Origin: Camelus ferus
Taxonomy: Eukaryota
Assembly (NCBI RefSeq): GCF_009834535.1
Contig: NC_045697.1
Span: 57,476,001 to 57,540,000, forward strand
Direction of reading: 5' to 3'
Length of the DNA: 64,000 nucleotides
Shown: in pieces, positions 1 to 13,812 of the stretch
Layout: each line of letters opens with the position of its first letter
Position numbering within the stretch: position 1 is the first letter of the stretch
Translations under genes and position numbers: made by a program
Notes under the pieces: generated by a model
What the model was told of the DNA's origin: nothing
The model's database searches: none
What the model saw: the letters and a program-made list of their open reading frames with translations, nothing else

Positions 1-819
1 TGTGTTAATAAAAGTTTCCCTCAAGGCAAAGTACATTTGAATCTATGAAAATATTTCCAAACACATAGTCATTATTAAATGGAAAAAGAACCATTTTCTA
101 AGTTTCAAAATCACCCTCATTACCTCTTTTTCAGGTGTTTTCAACTTCCCATTATGTTCTCTACTATAGGTGGTTAGAAACACTTTCACATTTTTGTGAC
201 AACCCCTCAGAGGTGGTATATACTCCCTTAAGCCCAAATTTGGTTTTCTTTTTTTCTTTTTTTTTGAGAGTGATAGTGACATACAAGCACCAGGAGGGTA
301 TGAAAAAGTCAATTGCTCACATAATGAGGCTTTTGGGAGATAACAGGTCATACTCTCAACCTGCTCCAAGGTTGGCTTGCAAGAGAGGGAAAGGAAACTG
401 GCTTGAATTTTATGGTGGTTAAAAAGTAGAGCTGGGGGTGAGCGTTCTTACAGTGCTGAAGGCTTGTACGATTTAACTTCTCTACCAATTCAAAAGCAGG
501 GAGCTCCTGGGCTTCCTTATTAGTTTGCCCAGACGTAGGACAGAGGGGAAGTGGCAGTGGTGGGACTTGAAAGTTGTATGCAGTCAAATACCAAAACTGG
601 ATTCAATTTTATCATAATCTGAATGTGTCAGAAATTGCTAAATGATGACCTCACTTTTTTCTTTTTCTCCTTGCTGTACTATACACTTCAGAATTCAGGA
701 CAGTCAGGGATAGCTATGTGGCTGGGTTTTAACTATTGAGCTTTGAGAGTGTCATTAAGACTTCTGGGTCTACATTTAAAATGTAATGCACAGTATATAT
801 ATTTTTCTGGGTGGCTTTT

Positions 820-1452
820 TAAAAAATTAAAGTCTAGTCAGTTTACAATGTGTCAATTTCTGGTGTACAGCATTATGTTTCAGTCACATATATACATACA
901 TATATTCATTTTCATATTCTTTTTCATTATAGGTTGCTACAAGATATTAAATATAGTTCCATGTGCTATACAGAAGAAACATGTTGTATATCTATTTTAT
1001 ATGTAGTAGTTAGTATCTGCACATCTCAAACCCCAATTTATCCCTTTCAACCCCTTTTCCCCACTGTTAACCATAATTTTGTTTTCTATGTCTGTGAGTC
1101 TGTTTCTGTTTTGTAAATAAGTTTTTTTTTTTAGCTTCCACATATGAGTGCTATCATATGATATTTTTCTTTTTTCTTTCGGGCTTATTACTTCACTTAG
1201 AATGACAGACTCCAGGTTCATCCATGTTTCTGCAAATGGCATTATTTTATTTTTTTTATGGCTGAGTCTAGTGTTCCATTGTATAAGTACACCAAAACTT
1301 GTTTATCCAGTCATCTGTCAATGAACATTTAGGTTGTTTCCGTTTCTTGGCTATTGCTATGAATATTGGGGTGCATGTGTCTTTTTGAATTAGAGTTCCC
1401 TCCAGATATATGCCCAGGAGTGGGATCGCTGGATTATATGGTAAGTCTATTT
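820..1452 (-). mobile_element. 5'-truncated LINE-1, 3' end (ORF2 C-terminus + 3'UTR)
   Basis: Minus-strand ORFs 997-1242 and 1268-1495 read as L1 ORF2 C-terminus (PFAETWMNLESVILSE, LPYNPAIPLLGIY, QPKCS); typical L1 3'UTR follows. Ends approximate. Confidence 0.9.
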
Positions 1453-3074
1453 TATTTCCTGTCTTGATGCAGAGTAACACAATCACATTTATCAAGTATC
1501 ATTACACATGTTAAATCTATAACTATTTTATCAGTCCATTGCTTTCCCAACCAGGATAGCATTTATTTCTTTTCTTTTTTTTTTTTTTTTTTTTTTTCAC
1601 TTTCTGCTCCAGATGAAAGCCTTCTGTGGCAGGGAAACCTGCAGTGATCATGACCTGATCTACCCTGACAGAATTTCCACACAACTAAGCTAAGGAGAGA
1701 GTATGAGAATACCTCAACATTGCCACAGACTTGCAGTCTTCTCACTCAAAGTTTAATATTTTTTCAAGAAAAGAAGCTTCAAATTTGTTGCATTTCATTG
1801 TTCAAGTCCAGAGTCCTAAAATGGCTGTTATTCACAGTTTTGTCCAGTTCTGTAGTTGCTTTTCAGCATGCGATTTGCTGAACTTCTCAATTCATCATGC
1901 CATGATTTTTGCTTCCCTCATTTCTGTTGAGTTTCCTTTCTTATTTTCTACTTTAAATCTATGTTTTCTTTAGAACACTTTCTGTGATGCCCATTTACAT
2001 ATTTGTACATTGGTGTCAATTTTAATTATAATCTGTATGTATGAAGTGATTTTTCCTTTTATTTCTATTTTTCTGAGTTCAGAATATTATTTTTAATTTT
2101 TTTCTTTGTTCAATCATCATTTTTTGGATTTAAGCTAAATCTGATTTATGTTTCTCCTTCATTGCTATCATTTTTTTTTCAAAATTTCATTTTCAGTTGG
2201 CTTTGAAATACTGGGTTACACACTTCATCTGATTATGGGCATATCTTTAGAGCAAGCCTTCATTTTTTTTTTTTTCCCACTCTGTACGTTTCTCCTCCTC
2301 CTATATGAAATTTTTCTTGCCTTTACCCTACTGACCATGCCCTACTCAAATGGATTGATATTCCTAAAATGTTTACTCATTTTAGAGTTTTGTCCTGGCA
2401 GGATGTTTTGGCCAGCTAGCTAGTATGTTTAGGGCCCAGTGTATATCAATACTCAGGAACTTGCTGGAACCCAGACATATTTTTCTCCGCACAAATTGGA
2501 ACTCAAAACCTCATTTGACTTTTACTATGTTTCTCAGATAAGCCTGGCAAATTTCCATTCCAAGTGAAGATTCGTTTATGTAATGAAGATTTGTTAGAGC
2601 TGTTTTCTGTGGTTCTCAAGACCACTTCACGTTTCTTTATTATTCCCTTGCTTCCTTTTAAACAGATTTTTTTATTATTATTATGTAGACATTGTTGCTT
2701 TTGGTGACAACTGCTAGATTGTGGCTTATGAGGATACCTTGTTACCTAGTTTTTATTGTTCAGTTTATAGTAGTTGATTTATAAGCTAGTTTATATGACA
2801 TTTTAATTTCTATAGCATAGGAACCTGGGAGATGTTTTTAACACAATATTACCTTGCTTTTAGCTGGTCTTTTGAATGTTTCTCTGTTGTAAAGTGGTCT
2901 TTTAAATATTACTCTTAACACAGTTTGAGAGAAACAGAAACAAAATGGGAGACTTTAAAATGATATTGGACAAGAGAAGAAAGGACAATAAATCCATGTA
3001 ATACGGGAATTTTGTGGAGACATGATATTTAGCCTAGTGAAAATGAAAATCAGTAGAGACATAGCTATCATATT

Positions 3075-3845
3075 TTTCAGTTTTAATTTTGAACTAACGT
3101 TAGGCTTAGAAAAAGCTGCAAAAATATTAGAGTTTCAATCTACCCTTTACCTAGCTTCCTCTATTGTTACCATCTAACATAACCATAATACACTTACCAA
3201 AACCTGGAAATTAACATTGGCCCAATATGATTACCTAAAATGTAGGCCTTAATTAGTTTTTTTTCTTCCCCACAATAATGACTATTTTTTTCTTTCCTGA
3301 TCCAGGATTCAAAGATTTCCCATTACATGTGTGGCAGTTCCCGATCTTTTGTTGTCTTTCATAATCTTGACACTTTTGATGGGCATTGGTCAGTTATTTC
3401 ATATATGGTCCCTCAATTTAGGGTTGCCTGATGTCTTTCTCATGATTAGAATCAAGATACATGTTTTTGACTAGACTACTCAGAAGTGCTGTGCCCTCTC
3501 AGTGAGGGCATCACATCATGAGGTCAACTTGTCTTACTATTTATTAGACATAATGTTAACTGTGACGACTTTGTAACGGTACTGTCTATGGGATTTCTCC
3601 ACTGTCATGTTACCTTCTTTCTCTCTTTATAATAATTAGTATCCTCAGGATAAACACCTTGAATCTATGCATATACAATATTGCATACTTTCACATGCTC
3701 ACTTCAGCATCCATGGAAGACTTTTGTCTGCAGTTATTATTACTGTGATGCTTGACTAAAGGTGATTTTTATTTCCCTCTTCTCTTCTCCATTTAATTTT
3801 TGGAATTCTTATCTAAGGAAGAGCTGAGCCTTCTCCTCCATAGCC
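3075..3845 (-). mobile_element. Old L1M (L1MC-like) 3'UTR fragment
   Basis: Recognisable degenerate L1M 3'UTR motifs (ggaaattaacattgg, tcatgattagaatcaag, atttctccactgt); subfamily from recollection only. Confidence 0.55.
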
Positions 3846-3853
3846 TCTACCTA

Positions 3854-3894
3854 CCTTCCTTCCTTCCTTCCTTCCTTCCTTCCTTCCTTCCTTC

Positions 3895-3981
<87 letters not shown>
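3854..3981. repeat. Compound tetranucleotide microsatellite (CCTT)n(CTTT)n
   Basis: Directly visible, ~130 bp, nearly perfect. Confidence 0.98.
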
Positions 3982-4479
3982 GTTAGAATTATCTTATTTC
4001 TGGAACTGTAAGATATTCTAGGCTTATCTCATATTTTCTCTTCAACCCCCATCTCAGTGTGGGCAGCTAAATTGCTACAACTCCAAGCATCCATGATTCC
4101 TTTTTTTTTTTTTTTTTTTCCTTTGAGAATAGCCTTTAGAAACGTAGATTGGGCTACTGGGGTGTCATGGCTTCTAGGCAATCATAGGGAACAGAGCTAG
4201 AAAATATATGTATATGTGAGCCTACAGACAAATCTACATTTTTATCTATTACCTATCACTTATCTATCTTACTCTTAAACACGGTGAGTTCATGATGATA
4301 GCTCTGATTCTGATTCAACAGTACAAGATTATTTTAGCCTCCTTTTCTTTCTTTGACTTATTTCTCCAATAATGAGAAATCTGGGTTTCATTATCTCCAA
4401 AATATTCAATTATTGAATAAAGCTTTGTGTGTGTATAAAGCATTTTTAGAATTCCTAATCCTTAACTCTGTGACAAAAA

Positions 4480-5585
4480 TTATTATTTGAAGTATAGTTA
4501 ATTTTCAATATTGTGTTAGCTTCAGGTATACAGCATTTTTGCAGATTATATTCCATTACAGGTTATTACAAGATACTAGGTGTAATTACCTGTGCTATAC
4601 AGTAAATCCTCATTGCTTAACTATTTTATGTATAGTAATTTGTATCTGTCAATCCCATACTCCTAATTTGTCCCTCTGCCCCTTCCCCTTTGGTACTGTT
4701 TGTTTTCTATGTCTGTGAGTCTGTTACTGTTTTGTATATAGATTAATTTCTATTACGTTTTAGATTCCACATATAAGTGCTATATGGTATTTGTCTTCCT
4801 CTGACTTATTTCACTAAGCATAAAATCCTCTAAGTCCATCCACATTGCTGCAAATGGCAATATTTTATTCAATTTTATGGCTGAGTAATATTCCATTGTA
4901 TATTGATACCACATCTTCTTAAGTCAATCATCTGTTAATGGATACATACATTGTTTCCATGTCTTGGCTATTGTATATAGTGCTGCTAATGAACATTGTG
5001 GTGCATGTATCTTTTCAAATTAGAATTTTCATTTTTTTGGATATATACCCAGGAGTGGAATTGCTGGATAATATGGCAGCTCTATTTTTAGCTTTTTAAG
5101 GAAACTCCATACTGTTTTCTATAGTCGCCTCACCAATTTACATTCTTACCAATAGTGCACAATGGTTCCCTTTTCTACATACCCTCTCTAACATTTATTA
5201 TCTGTGGACTTTTTGATGATAGTCATTCTGACCACTGTGAGATCATACCTCATTTTTGTTTTGATTTACATTTTTCTAATAATTATTGATATTGACCATT
5301 TTTTCCAGTGTCTATTGGCCATCCGTATGCCTTCTTTGGAAAAATGTCTATTTAGGTCTTCAGCCCATTTTTTGATTAGGTTGTTTGTTTGTTTGTTTTG
5401 ATATTGAATTGTATGAGCTGTTTGCGTAGTTTGGATATAAAACTCTTGTCTGTGGCATCATTTGCAAACATTTTCTCCCATTTTATAGGTTGTTTTTGCC
5501 TTTTGTTGATTGTTTCCTTTGCTATACAAAAACTTTTAAGTTTAATTAGGTCTCATCTATTTATTTTTACTGTTATTTCTTTTTA
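4480..5585 (-). mobile_element. 5'-truncated LINE-1, 3' end
   Basis: Antisense L1 3'UTR and ORF2 C-terminal sequence (cccaggagtggaattgctgga, tgtctatttaggtcttcagcccattt). Confidence 0.9.
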
Positions 5586-8500
5586 AGTCTTTTCCCCTGG
5601 TGAGTAGGCCCTAATTGTAGAGAATATTCTGAATATATTCCAAAATGATTACTTTACCCCTTCCTGCTGCCAGAGTCAAAGGGGGTCTTTCTTGGCTCTT
5701 CCCCAAGAGAACTTTATGAGGCTTTTGGAGGCAAAGATCAATGAAAGTTGCGAGATAGGGGCACTTGTAAAAGTGCAGTCCCTAGATTTTCTCACTGTCT
5801 CACTAATCCTTACTAAGCCTCCTGTAATTTGTCAAAATTATTATTTAAGTGCATTTACCAGTATATAGCTCTAAAGCACTCTGTCCCATGTAATCAGATC
5901 TTGGTTTTGACTCTGTATTTGCCTGTTTCTTCAGATTTCAAGGTGTGATTCTGTATATTTTCCTGTATCTTCAGATTTCTATTACCTCACCTCTCCAGTA
6001 AGTCTAATAAAAATCATTGATTTTCGGTTTACTTGGCTTTTTTCTTAGTGTAAGAACAGGAGTAATGCCCTTCAAGCTCTTCACATGCTAGAGCTAAAAA
6101 CAGAAGTGGCCTTCCTGTTTTGTTTTTGAAGTATTTTTTAATTTTAATGCATTATAACCAGAGAATATAATTGTTATATTCTATTTTATTAAAGTGACTC
6201 ATTTATATAATTAATCGAGTATATGATTTATTTTTGTGAATGTGTTAAAGGCACTTGAGAATAATGTGTAGGGTGTTGTATTCAATATACATCCATAAAT
6301 TTTACCCTATTATGTTGTTCAGGCCTTCTTCCCTTACCTATTTTTTGTCCACTTGATCTATCTTACACTGAGCATGATATATTAAAACTTACTATTATTA
6401 TCATGTTTCTACCTGATATATTTATCTATCACATTGCTCATTGTATGTGCATCATTAAGTTGATTTATGTGCTATTTTTATGCTTACATATTGATACATT
6501 TTATATCTTTATTGGGACTTGTGACTTTAAGCATTCAAAAGTGTTTTTTTCATGTTTAAGGTTGTAACACTCAGATTCCTATTTGTCTTCTAGTAGGATC
6601 TTTAGATTTAGATGTGTCTCGTGTATAGTTAGGTCTTCTTTGGGAGCCATTTTGAAAATCTTCTTTGAACTGTAAGTGAAGTTCATTCTCTCTTATTGTT
6701 ATGAATGATAAGATTTTTCTAACCCTGTAGTAATATTTATTATAATTTTGTATTTTTTTATTTGCTACATTTATTTCTCTAAAAGATGTATATTGTTTTT
6801 TTCCCTTAATTAGTCTATTTGCTTGGTACTTGTTTTTTGTTCAGGAGGGTTTGTATTTTTTCTAGTTCTTACATTTTGCTTATGTTTTTCAATGACCTCA
6901 GACATTTAACAACTTAGTTTATCCGTTTATTGTTACATCCCTTAATATAGACCTTTTGCCTATATATAAATGAGCTTTTCCATTTTCTATTTCCACTGGC
7001 ATCCCTTATATATGTTTTAAAATTCTCACCAGTTATACATTTGAATTATATTCACTGTGGTAGATTCCCTAAGAAGGGCTGAAGGTGAAGAATTCTCTGA
7101 GTTCCTGTTTGCTGAAAACAATTTTTTTCTAAAGCCTTGGTATTTAAAAGGTAGATTAGATATAACATCTGTGGTTCACAGCTTTTTTCATTTATTTATT
7201 TTTAATGTGCTCCATTGTTAACTTTCTTTTGCTTTCCGGTTTTGCAAAGTCTGATGACAGTCTGCTACTTTCACTTTTTAAAGTTGTTTGATCTTTTTTT
7301 CCTCGTTGAAGCCTTGATAATTTTTTTTTTGTTTGAAATCTAATACTTGTATTAGGATATGACTTGAAGTTGACCTTTCTTTGTAAGTTTTTCCATATTT
7401 GTTTTTGCTTTTTTTCCTTCTGTTTCTGGAAAGCTTTGGATTGTAGTTTGTTTTGTTTTTTAACATTATTTAATTTTTATCTTTAGGCACTCTGATGATT
7501 TAAACATGTTTGATTCTTGCTAATTCTTTCCATTTCTACTCAATTTTTTCTTTCTGTAATATTCCTTCTTTTGTTTACTTCTCTTACTTTCTTCAATGTC
7601 CTTTATTAAATTTTGATGAGTCTAATCCTTTTGGGAACTTTTAAAATTTATTCTTCATCTCTGATATTTTGTTCTTTTTTTCCACAGCTTTCTGATTTCA
7701 GTAAGTTCTCTTCATTAGCCCATTTTTTGTCCTTTTTTGTGTTTAGTTTTTGAGTTAAAATATTTTTTTGTATATACTCAGTGGTTTTATGAGTATATTT
7801 ACCTCTGTTTGGGAATGTTGACTTACTTTTTCTTTTGAATCGTAACTGTTTTTAATGACGTTTTCTTCACTTGATATGTTGGCAATTTTGTTTTTAGGTT
7901 TTCTGCTATAGCTGTGTAAGAACTTTAATTTCCTCTTATTTATTTTTATGATAATGAAGTGTGTCATAAAATTATTAGTTTAATGGTGCCCTCTTCTGTT
8001 AGGATAGCAAAGTCCAGTTACTGTAACACATTAAAAAAAAAAAAAGTTTTCTATGGGGATGTGGGAGGTTTTGTGAAAATTTCAAATTGATGGTTTACAT
8101 TTGCTTTTCCAGATCCTTAAGATTCCCACTTTTCTTCTAGTTGCTAAAGGTTATGCTTTTCCCTTCCTTTTTTGCCTTTTTTTTTTCTCCCACAGAATCT
8201 GTGTGTTGTAAGAACTGATCTTTAAATTGGGCAGTCCTTTAAAATTTGACTGGCTTTTTTAAATAGCATGTGTAGCTTTAAATTGTGCTTAATCAAGTAA
8301 CTGATACATTCAATCCTTTCCCTGTAGACCCTGGCTTAATCTATCTAGACACTTTCCCAGTGGTTTTGGTTTAAAGTGGATTTCATCTTGGTGGCTATTC
8401 AAAATCATGCTCATGACCCTTCACTAGTCTCTCTCTTCTGTCTTCCCTGCAAATTTTCTGTCTGCATTTGCTTTTCACAAAGCCATGCAGCTGGGCTGAG

Positions 8501-9714
8501 GTGGGATGGCAGCCCAAGATGCTACACACAGCAGTTTGATGATATTTTGCTTTTTTCAATGCTATTTTGCAATTTGGCATTATCTATCTTTAAGTTATGC
8601 TAATTGTGCAGCTTCGTGTTGAAATTATTATTTTTTCCTTCATGTTCTTTTATGTTAGCTGGCAAAGATATTTGGAGACATCATTTATAATGCACCCAAT
8701 GTTGTTCTTGACTACATATCTTATGACAGTGTAAGACTGTCATTTAAAAGAAGCATTTGCCCTGGATACTTTTTATCCCTAGGGTGAAAATAGGATCACT
8801 AAAGAAAGCAATTTAGGTATCAATTTAAGGGAAAATGTCTGTAAGTAAGAAATAACAAAGATGAAATAGGCTGCATTGAAATACACTAAGTTTCTCATAA
8901 ATACAGCTGGTAAAAGCTTTTTTAAAATCACCACTTGAGAAAAATGCTGTGAAAATTCTGGATGCCATAGATCTCTGGGAATTATATAATTCAAAATATA
9001 AATAAGCTCAATTTTCTCTAACAACTTATACAACTCTGAAGATCTGTAATTTTTTGATTATCAAGTTCCTGATAACCTAATTTTAAAATTTATTTTGCTT
9101 TTGTAAATCATATCATGTATTTGCTACTTTCTTCCTCCTTCTTCTTTGTCATAACATTCAGAGTTTTTTTAATTTGTCATAACATTCAGTGTGTTTCCTG
9201 CTCTTATTTAACTCACTGTCTATTTATGCTTCACCCTCTGTGTTATATCTTTAATTTATAATTCTAAATAACTCATATCTGCTTTAAGTCTACCACTGCA
9301 ATAATTTATATGTAGAATTCTGTTAATATATTCTTGACAAACAAACCCTCAGAATGCATTTTATTATTATCTCTAATATATCTTGACAGATATTTAAAAT
9401 ATAATATGATAAATACCATAAGACTTTGAGTTCTTTCACTTTTTATTAAAATAAAAAGGAACTTTGCAAAATACTGTGATATTGTGAAATCAAATTTCTT
9501 TCTTCTTAGTATCATGGTGATACTAATAACATTATATATTAGTTATTTGAGGTGAATTTTGTTCTTTAATGTAATGCACTAAATTTTTAATATTCAATTG
9601 TTGCAGATTCTACTTCAGTTTTGGAAAATATAAGAAAGAAAAATGCTTTAAATTAAAAAATAAAACAGATCACTGTATTACCATAAATAGTAATGAGAAA
9701 AGAAACACTACTCC

Positions 9715-9940
9715 AGGGGTTAAGAGTTTATGATTTGGAGCCACAATGCCTAGCCTTAAGTATTGTCCCTGCCACTGACTAGTTATGTGACAAGAAAGTT
9801 ATGTATTCTTTGTGTGCCTCAGTTTCCTCGTCTATAAAATGTGAATAATAATAGTATCCAATAATAGGATTGTAATAATAAATAGATATATGTAAAGCCC
9901 TTATAATATTGCCTACTAAAATCACATAATAAATTATAGC
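9715..9940 (+). mobile_element. MIR SINE
   Basis: MIR core tgtgcctcagtttcctcgtctataaaatg...ataataatagta. Confidence 0.8.
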
Positions 9941-10461
9941 TTTTCATAATCTTCTTTATTATGTGCTTTTACACAAAAGTGGAAGGAAGAATTGCAGCTA
10001 TTTAAAGTTACTGTTATATGATACATAGGCACACATATACACCAAAAACAGTATTCCATTAAAGAATATTAAAATACATTAGACTAGGTTTTCTTTTAAG
10101 TTTAACATAGTCTTTCTGGGATTTTTTAGCTTTACTTAGGTATCATTGACTCCAGCTTTCTCTTTCTGAAAATGCTTTGCTATTTGGGGTCTTTTCTGGT
10201 TCCATACAAATTTTAGGATTATTCTTTCCATGTCTACACAAAATCATTACAATTTTGATAGGGATTGCATTGAATCCATAGATGTCTTTGAGTAGTATGA
10301 ACACATTAACAACATTAACTCTTCTAATCCATGAACATAGACTATCTTTCTATTTATTTGTGTCTTTTTTATTTATTTCATCAATGTCCTATAATTTTCA
10401 GATCTGTCACCTTCTTGGCTAAATATATTCCTAAGTATTTTATTTTTATTATGCTATTGTA

Positions 10462-10629
10462 AATATTTTTATTTATTTATTGTATTATTTAATTATTTTA
10501 TTTTGTCAGGGAAATGGTGAGGTAATTAGATTTATTTTATTTTTAGAGGAGGTACTGGGGATTGAACCCAGGACCTCATACATCCTAAGCATGCACTCCA
10601 CCACTTGAGCTATAACAGCTCCCCCACCC
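10462..10629 (-). mobile_element. tRNA-derived SINE (camelid vic-1-like)
   Basis: Antisense tRNA-like head (ggaggtactggggattgaacccaggacctc...cttgagctata) with an AT-rich tail; perfect 14-bp TSD ATTATGCTATTGTA at 10448-10461 and 10630-10643. Confidence 0.9.
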
Positions 10630-13403
10630 ATTATGCTATTGTAGATTGAGGCTTTTTAAAATTTCTTTTTCATATAGCTTGTTTTTAGTGTATAGAAGTG
10701 AGACTAAGTTTTGTATGTTGATTTTGTACCCTGCAATTTTACTGAATTAGTTAGTTAGTCCCAAGTTTTCTGGTGTAGTCTTTAGAATTTTCTACATGTA
10801 TGATCAAATCTGCAAACAGTGACAGTTTACTTTTTTCTTTTCAATTTGGGTACCTTTAATTTATTTTTGTTACCTAGTTGTTTTTGCTAGAACTTCCAGT
10901 ACTATGTTGAAAAGGAGTGGTGAGAGTGGGTGCCCTTGTTTTGCTCATTATTTTAGCAGAAAATTTCAACCATTCACCATTGAGTATGATGTGTGCCAGG
11001 GGTTTGTCATATATATCTTTTATTATGTTGAGATAGGTTTCTTCTATACCCAATTTGTTGAAGGCTTTTTATTATGAAAAAAATGTTGAATTTTGTCAAA
11101 TGATTTTTCTGCAGCTGTTGAGATTCTATGAGTTTTGTCTGTTTTAATGTAGTGTAGCACATTTATTGATTTGCATGTGTTGAACCATCTGTGTATCACA
11201 GGGATAAATCCTACTTGGTTAAGGTGTATGATTTCTTTAATGTACTGTTGAATTCAGTTTGCTGGTATTTTGAAGAGAATTTTTAATCTGTATTCATCAT
11301 GGATATTGGCCTGTAGTTTTCTGCTAGTGTCCTTACCTGCTATTGGTATCAAAGTAATGCTGGCCTCCTAGAATGAGTTTGGGAGAATTTCCTCCACCTC
11401 TATTTTTGGAAGAGATTGAGAAAGTTTGGTACTAATTCTTCATTAAATATTTGGTAGAATTTACCAGTGAAACCATCTGGTCCTGGGATTTTGTTTTTGT
11501 TGGAATATTTTTGATTACTGATTTCAATATTCTTACCAGCAATTGGTCTGTTCAGATTTTCTATTTCTTCCTGATTCAGTCTTGGTAGGTTGTATGTTTC
11601 TAGGAATTTACCCATTACTTCTAGGTTATTCACATTGGTGGATTGGATAATTTCTCATAGTAGTCTCTTCTGATCCTTCTCTGTGAAACTAGAGTTAAGT
11701 GATTAACACAGCATCATATTAGAGTATTAGAATATTCTGAATTTAACCATATACTTACCTTTACGAGTGTATTTTTAATTTTCATATGTATACTTTCATT
11801 TCAGCTTGAAGAACTCCTTTCAGTGTTTCTTGAAAAGTAAGTCTCATGATGATAAACTCCCTCAACTTTTGATTTTTGGTTTTTGAAAATTTGTTTTTTC
11901 AGCACTTTGATTAATATCACCCCAATGTCTTCTGGCTTGCAAAGTTACAGCTGAGAAATCCACTTATAACCTGATAGTGTTTCCTTATATGTGAAGATAC
12001 TTGTTTTCTCTTGGTGCTTTAAAAAAAAATTTTTTTTTTTTAGACAGCTTTATCATGTGTGTTGAAGGAGATTGTTTTGGCTTGAACATCTGGGGTGACC
12101 TATTAGTTTCATGAATTTGGATATCAAAATCTGTCTCCAGATTTTGGAAATTCTCAGTCAATATTTCTTTAAATAAACTACTGCTCCTTTCTCTCTCCCT
12201 TCTTTTAGCACTCCAGTAATGAATAGATTCTTTTAATGGTATCCCATGATTCTAGTAGGCTCTCTTCACTCTTTTTTTTTTTTTTTCATCCTCTGACTAT
12301 ATGATTTCAAATGGCCCATCTTTGAGTTCACTATTTTTGTTTTCTTTGAGTGCGCTGTTGAGGTTTTCTACTGATTTCTTCAATTCTGTCATTATAGTAT
12401 TCATCTCTAGGATTTCTGCTTGATTTTTCAAAATTGTTTCTTTTTCTTTGTTTTTACTTCATTTTGTTTATTCATGTTTTCCCTAGTTTCATTTAGTTGT
12501 CTATGTGTGATTTCTTATATTCCATTGAATTTTTTTCAGAGAATTATTTTTAATTCTTTGTCAAGCAGTCCATAGATCTCCATTTATTTAGGGTTAGTCA
12601 TTGAGATTTTATTAGTTTTCTTTGGTGGTGTAATTTTTCCTTGGTTAAATATAATACTGTACCTTTCTTTGGTGTCTACACATATGAGGACTATGGTACC
12701 TCTTCTAGTCTTCACAGACTGACTTCAGCAGAAAAAGCCCTTCACCAGTCAGCCTCTCTAGAGATTCTGGGTGGGCAGTCTGATTGTGTCCGCAGGTGGG
12801 CTTGCTGTTGGAGTCCTTGGGTACCCTAATGCTGAGGTGGGTCAAAAGTCTGGGACAGTGGTAGTGAGCCCTGGTGCTGGGCCCAGCTATGACCTGGGTT
12901 CAGAGGTGCCCCTAAAAGCCTGCATTCAAAGGCATTGATTGGGGGCCTGAGGAGTAATCCAGGGCTGCAGGGACCAATAGGTGTTGGGATGTACTGGAAG
13001 CCTGAGATAGCTGAAACTTGCTTGGAGCCATCTGGGCCAACAGGAACCAGCCAGTATTGAGAGTCAGGAACACAGGTTCATGAGTTCCTTGGGAGATGGC
13101 TGATTCTGGGGTGGTGTCTTGGGAGCCACCTGGAGCCTTAGGGGCTGGCTGGTGCTAGAATGAACTTCTAAGGAGCCTGAAGCAGAGGAAGCTTATCCGA
13201 GCTATAGGGGCCACTGGTGGCTACTGAGCTATATGGCACTCCTGGGATTGGACAGCACCCAGGTGAGTCAGAAGGTTCTGAGTGGCTGGAACTAATAAAG
13301 CCACTTCCAGCCATGGGAGCTGTCTGGTGCCACTGGAGCTTGGTTTCCCTGAGCCTGAAGTTGAGCCTGGAACCTGGGTTAACACAAGTTTGTCAAAGGC
13401 CTG

Positions 13404-13748
13404 TGTCAGCAGTCTTAAGTGAATAGGCCCTGGAACCCAGGTCAAAGATCACAGTAACTTGCATGAGTATGAGGTAAGAAATAAATATACGCATGTGCTA
13501 GTAGCAGGAGTTAGCATTATGAACAATACGCATGCACCAACAGCATGAGTCAGCATTATGAACAATATTCTTGTGTGGGCATTATAAAAGGACAAGTGCA
13601 TACACCTGTGCGCGCCACCCACTTGTACTGCAATAAAGTGCTGTTTTGCTCCACGTCGGCTCCTCGCGCATTATGTCGGCTTCTCTCACCTTATTCCAGT
13701 TGGGCAGCTCACCTCCTCGAGTCCCTCTTCAGCCTCCCTTGGCTGACA
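13404..13748 (+). repeat. 5' LTR (345 bp)
   Basis: TGTCAGC...GCTGACA terminal inverted repeat, TATAAAA 13583-13589, AATAAA 13632-13637; direct repeat of 17516-17859. Confidence 0.97.
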
Positions 13749-13750
13749 CT

Positions 13751-13768
13751 TGGTGCAGTCAGCAGGAT
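13751..13768 (+). promoter_or_regulatory. Primer-binding site, tRNA-Ser
   Basis: TGGTGCAGTCAGCAGGAT 2 nt after the LTR; 15/18 match to TGGCGTAGTCGGCAGGAT (complement of the tRNA-Ser 3' end as recalled), with two mismatches at CpG sites. Confidence 0.85.
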
Positions 13769-13812
13769 GAAGTGAATCCGCCTTCTGTTCCCTCTTCCAC
13801 TGTTGGGGAAGC

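Noticed and set aside
1575..1710. Poly-T tract + CAG acceptor followed by ATG, possible exon
   Set aside because: The ATG frame stops within about 10 codons, the donor is weak, and nothing else supports it.
3800..4021. ORF with PSFL/SFFL repeats
   Set aside because: Translation of the (CCTT)n(CTTT)n microsatellite.
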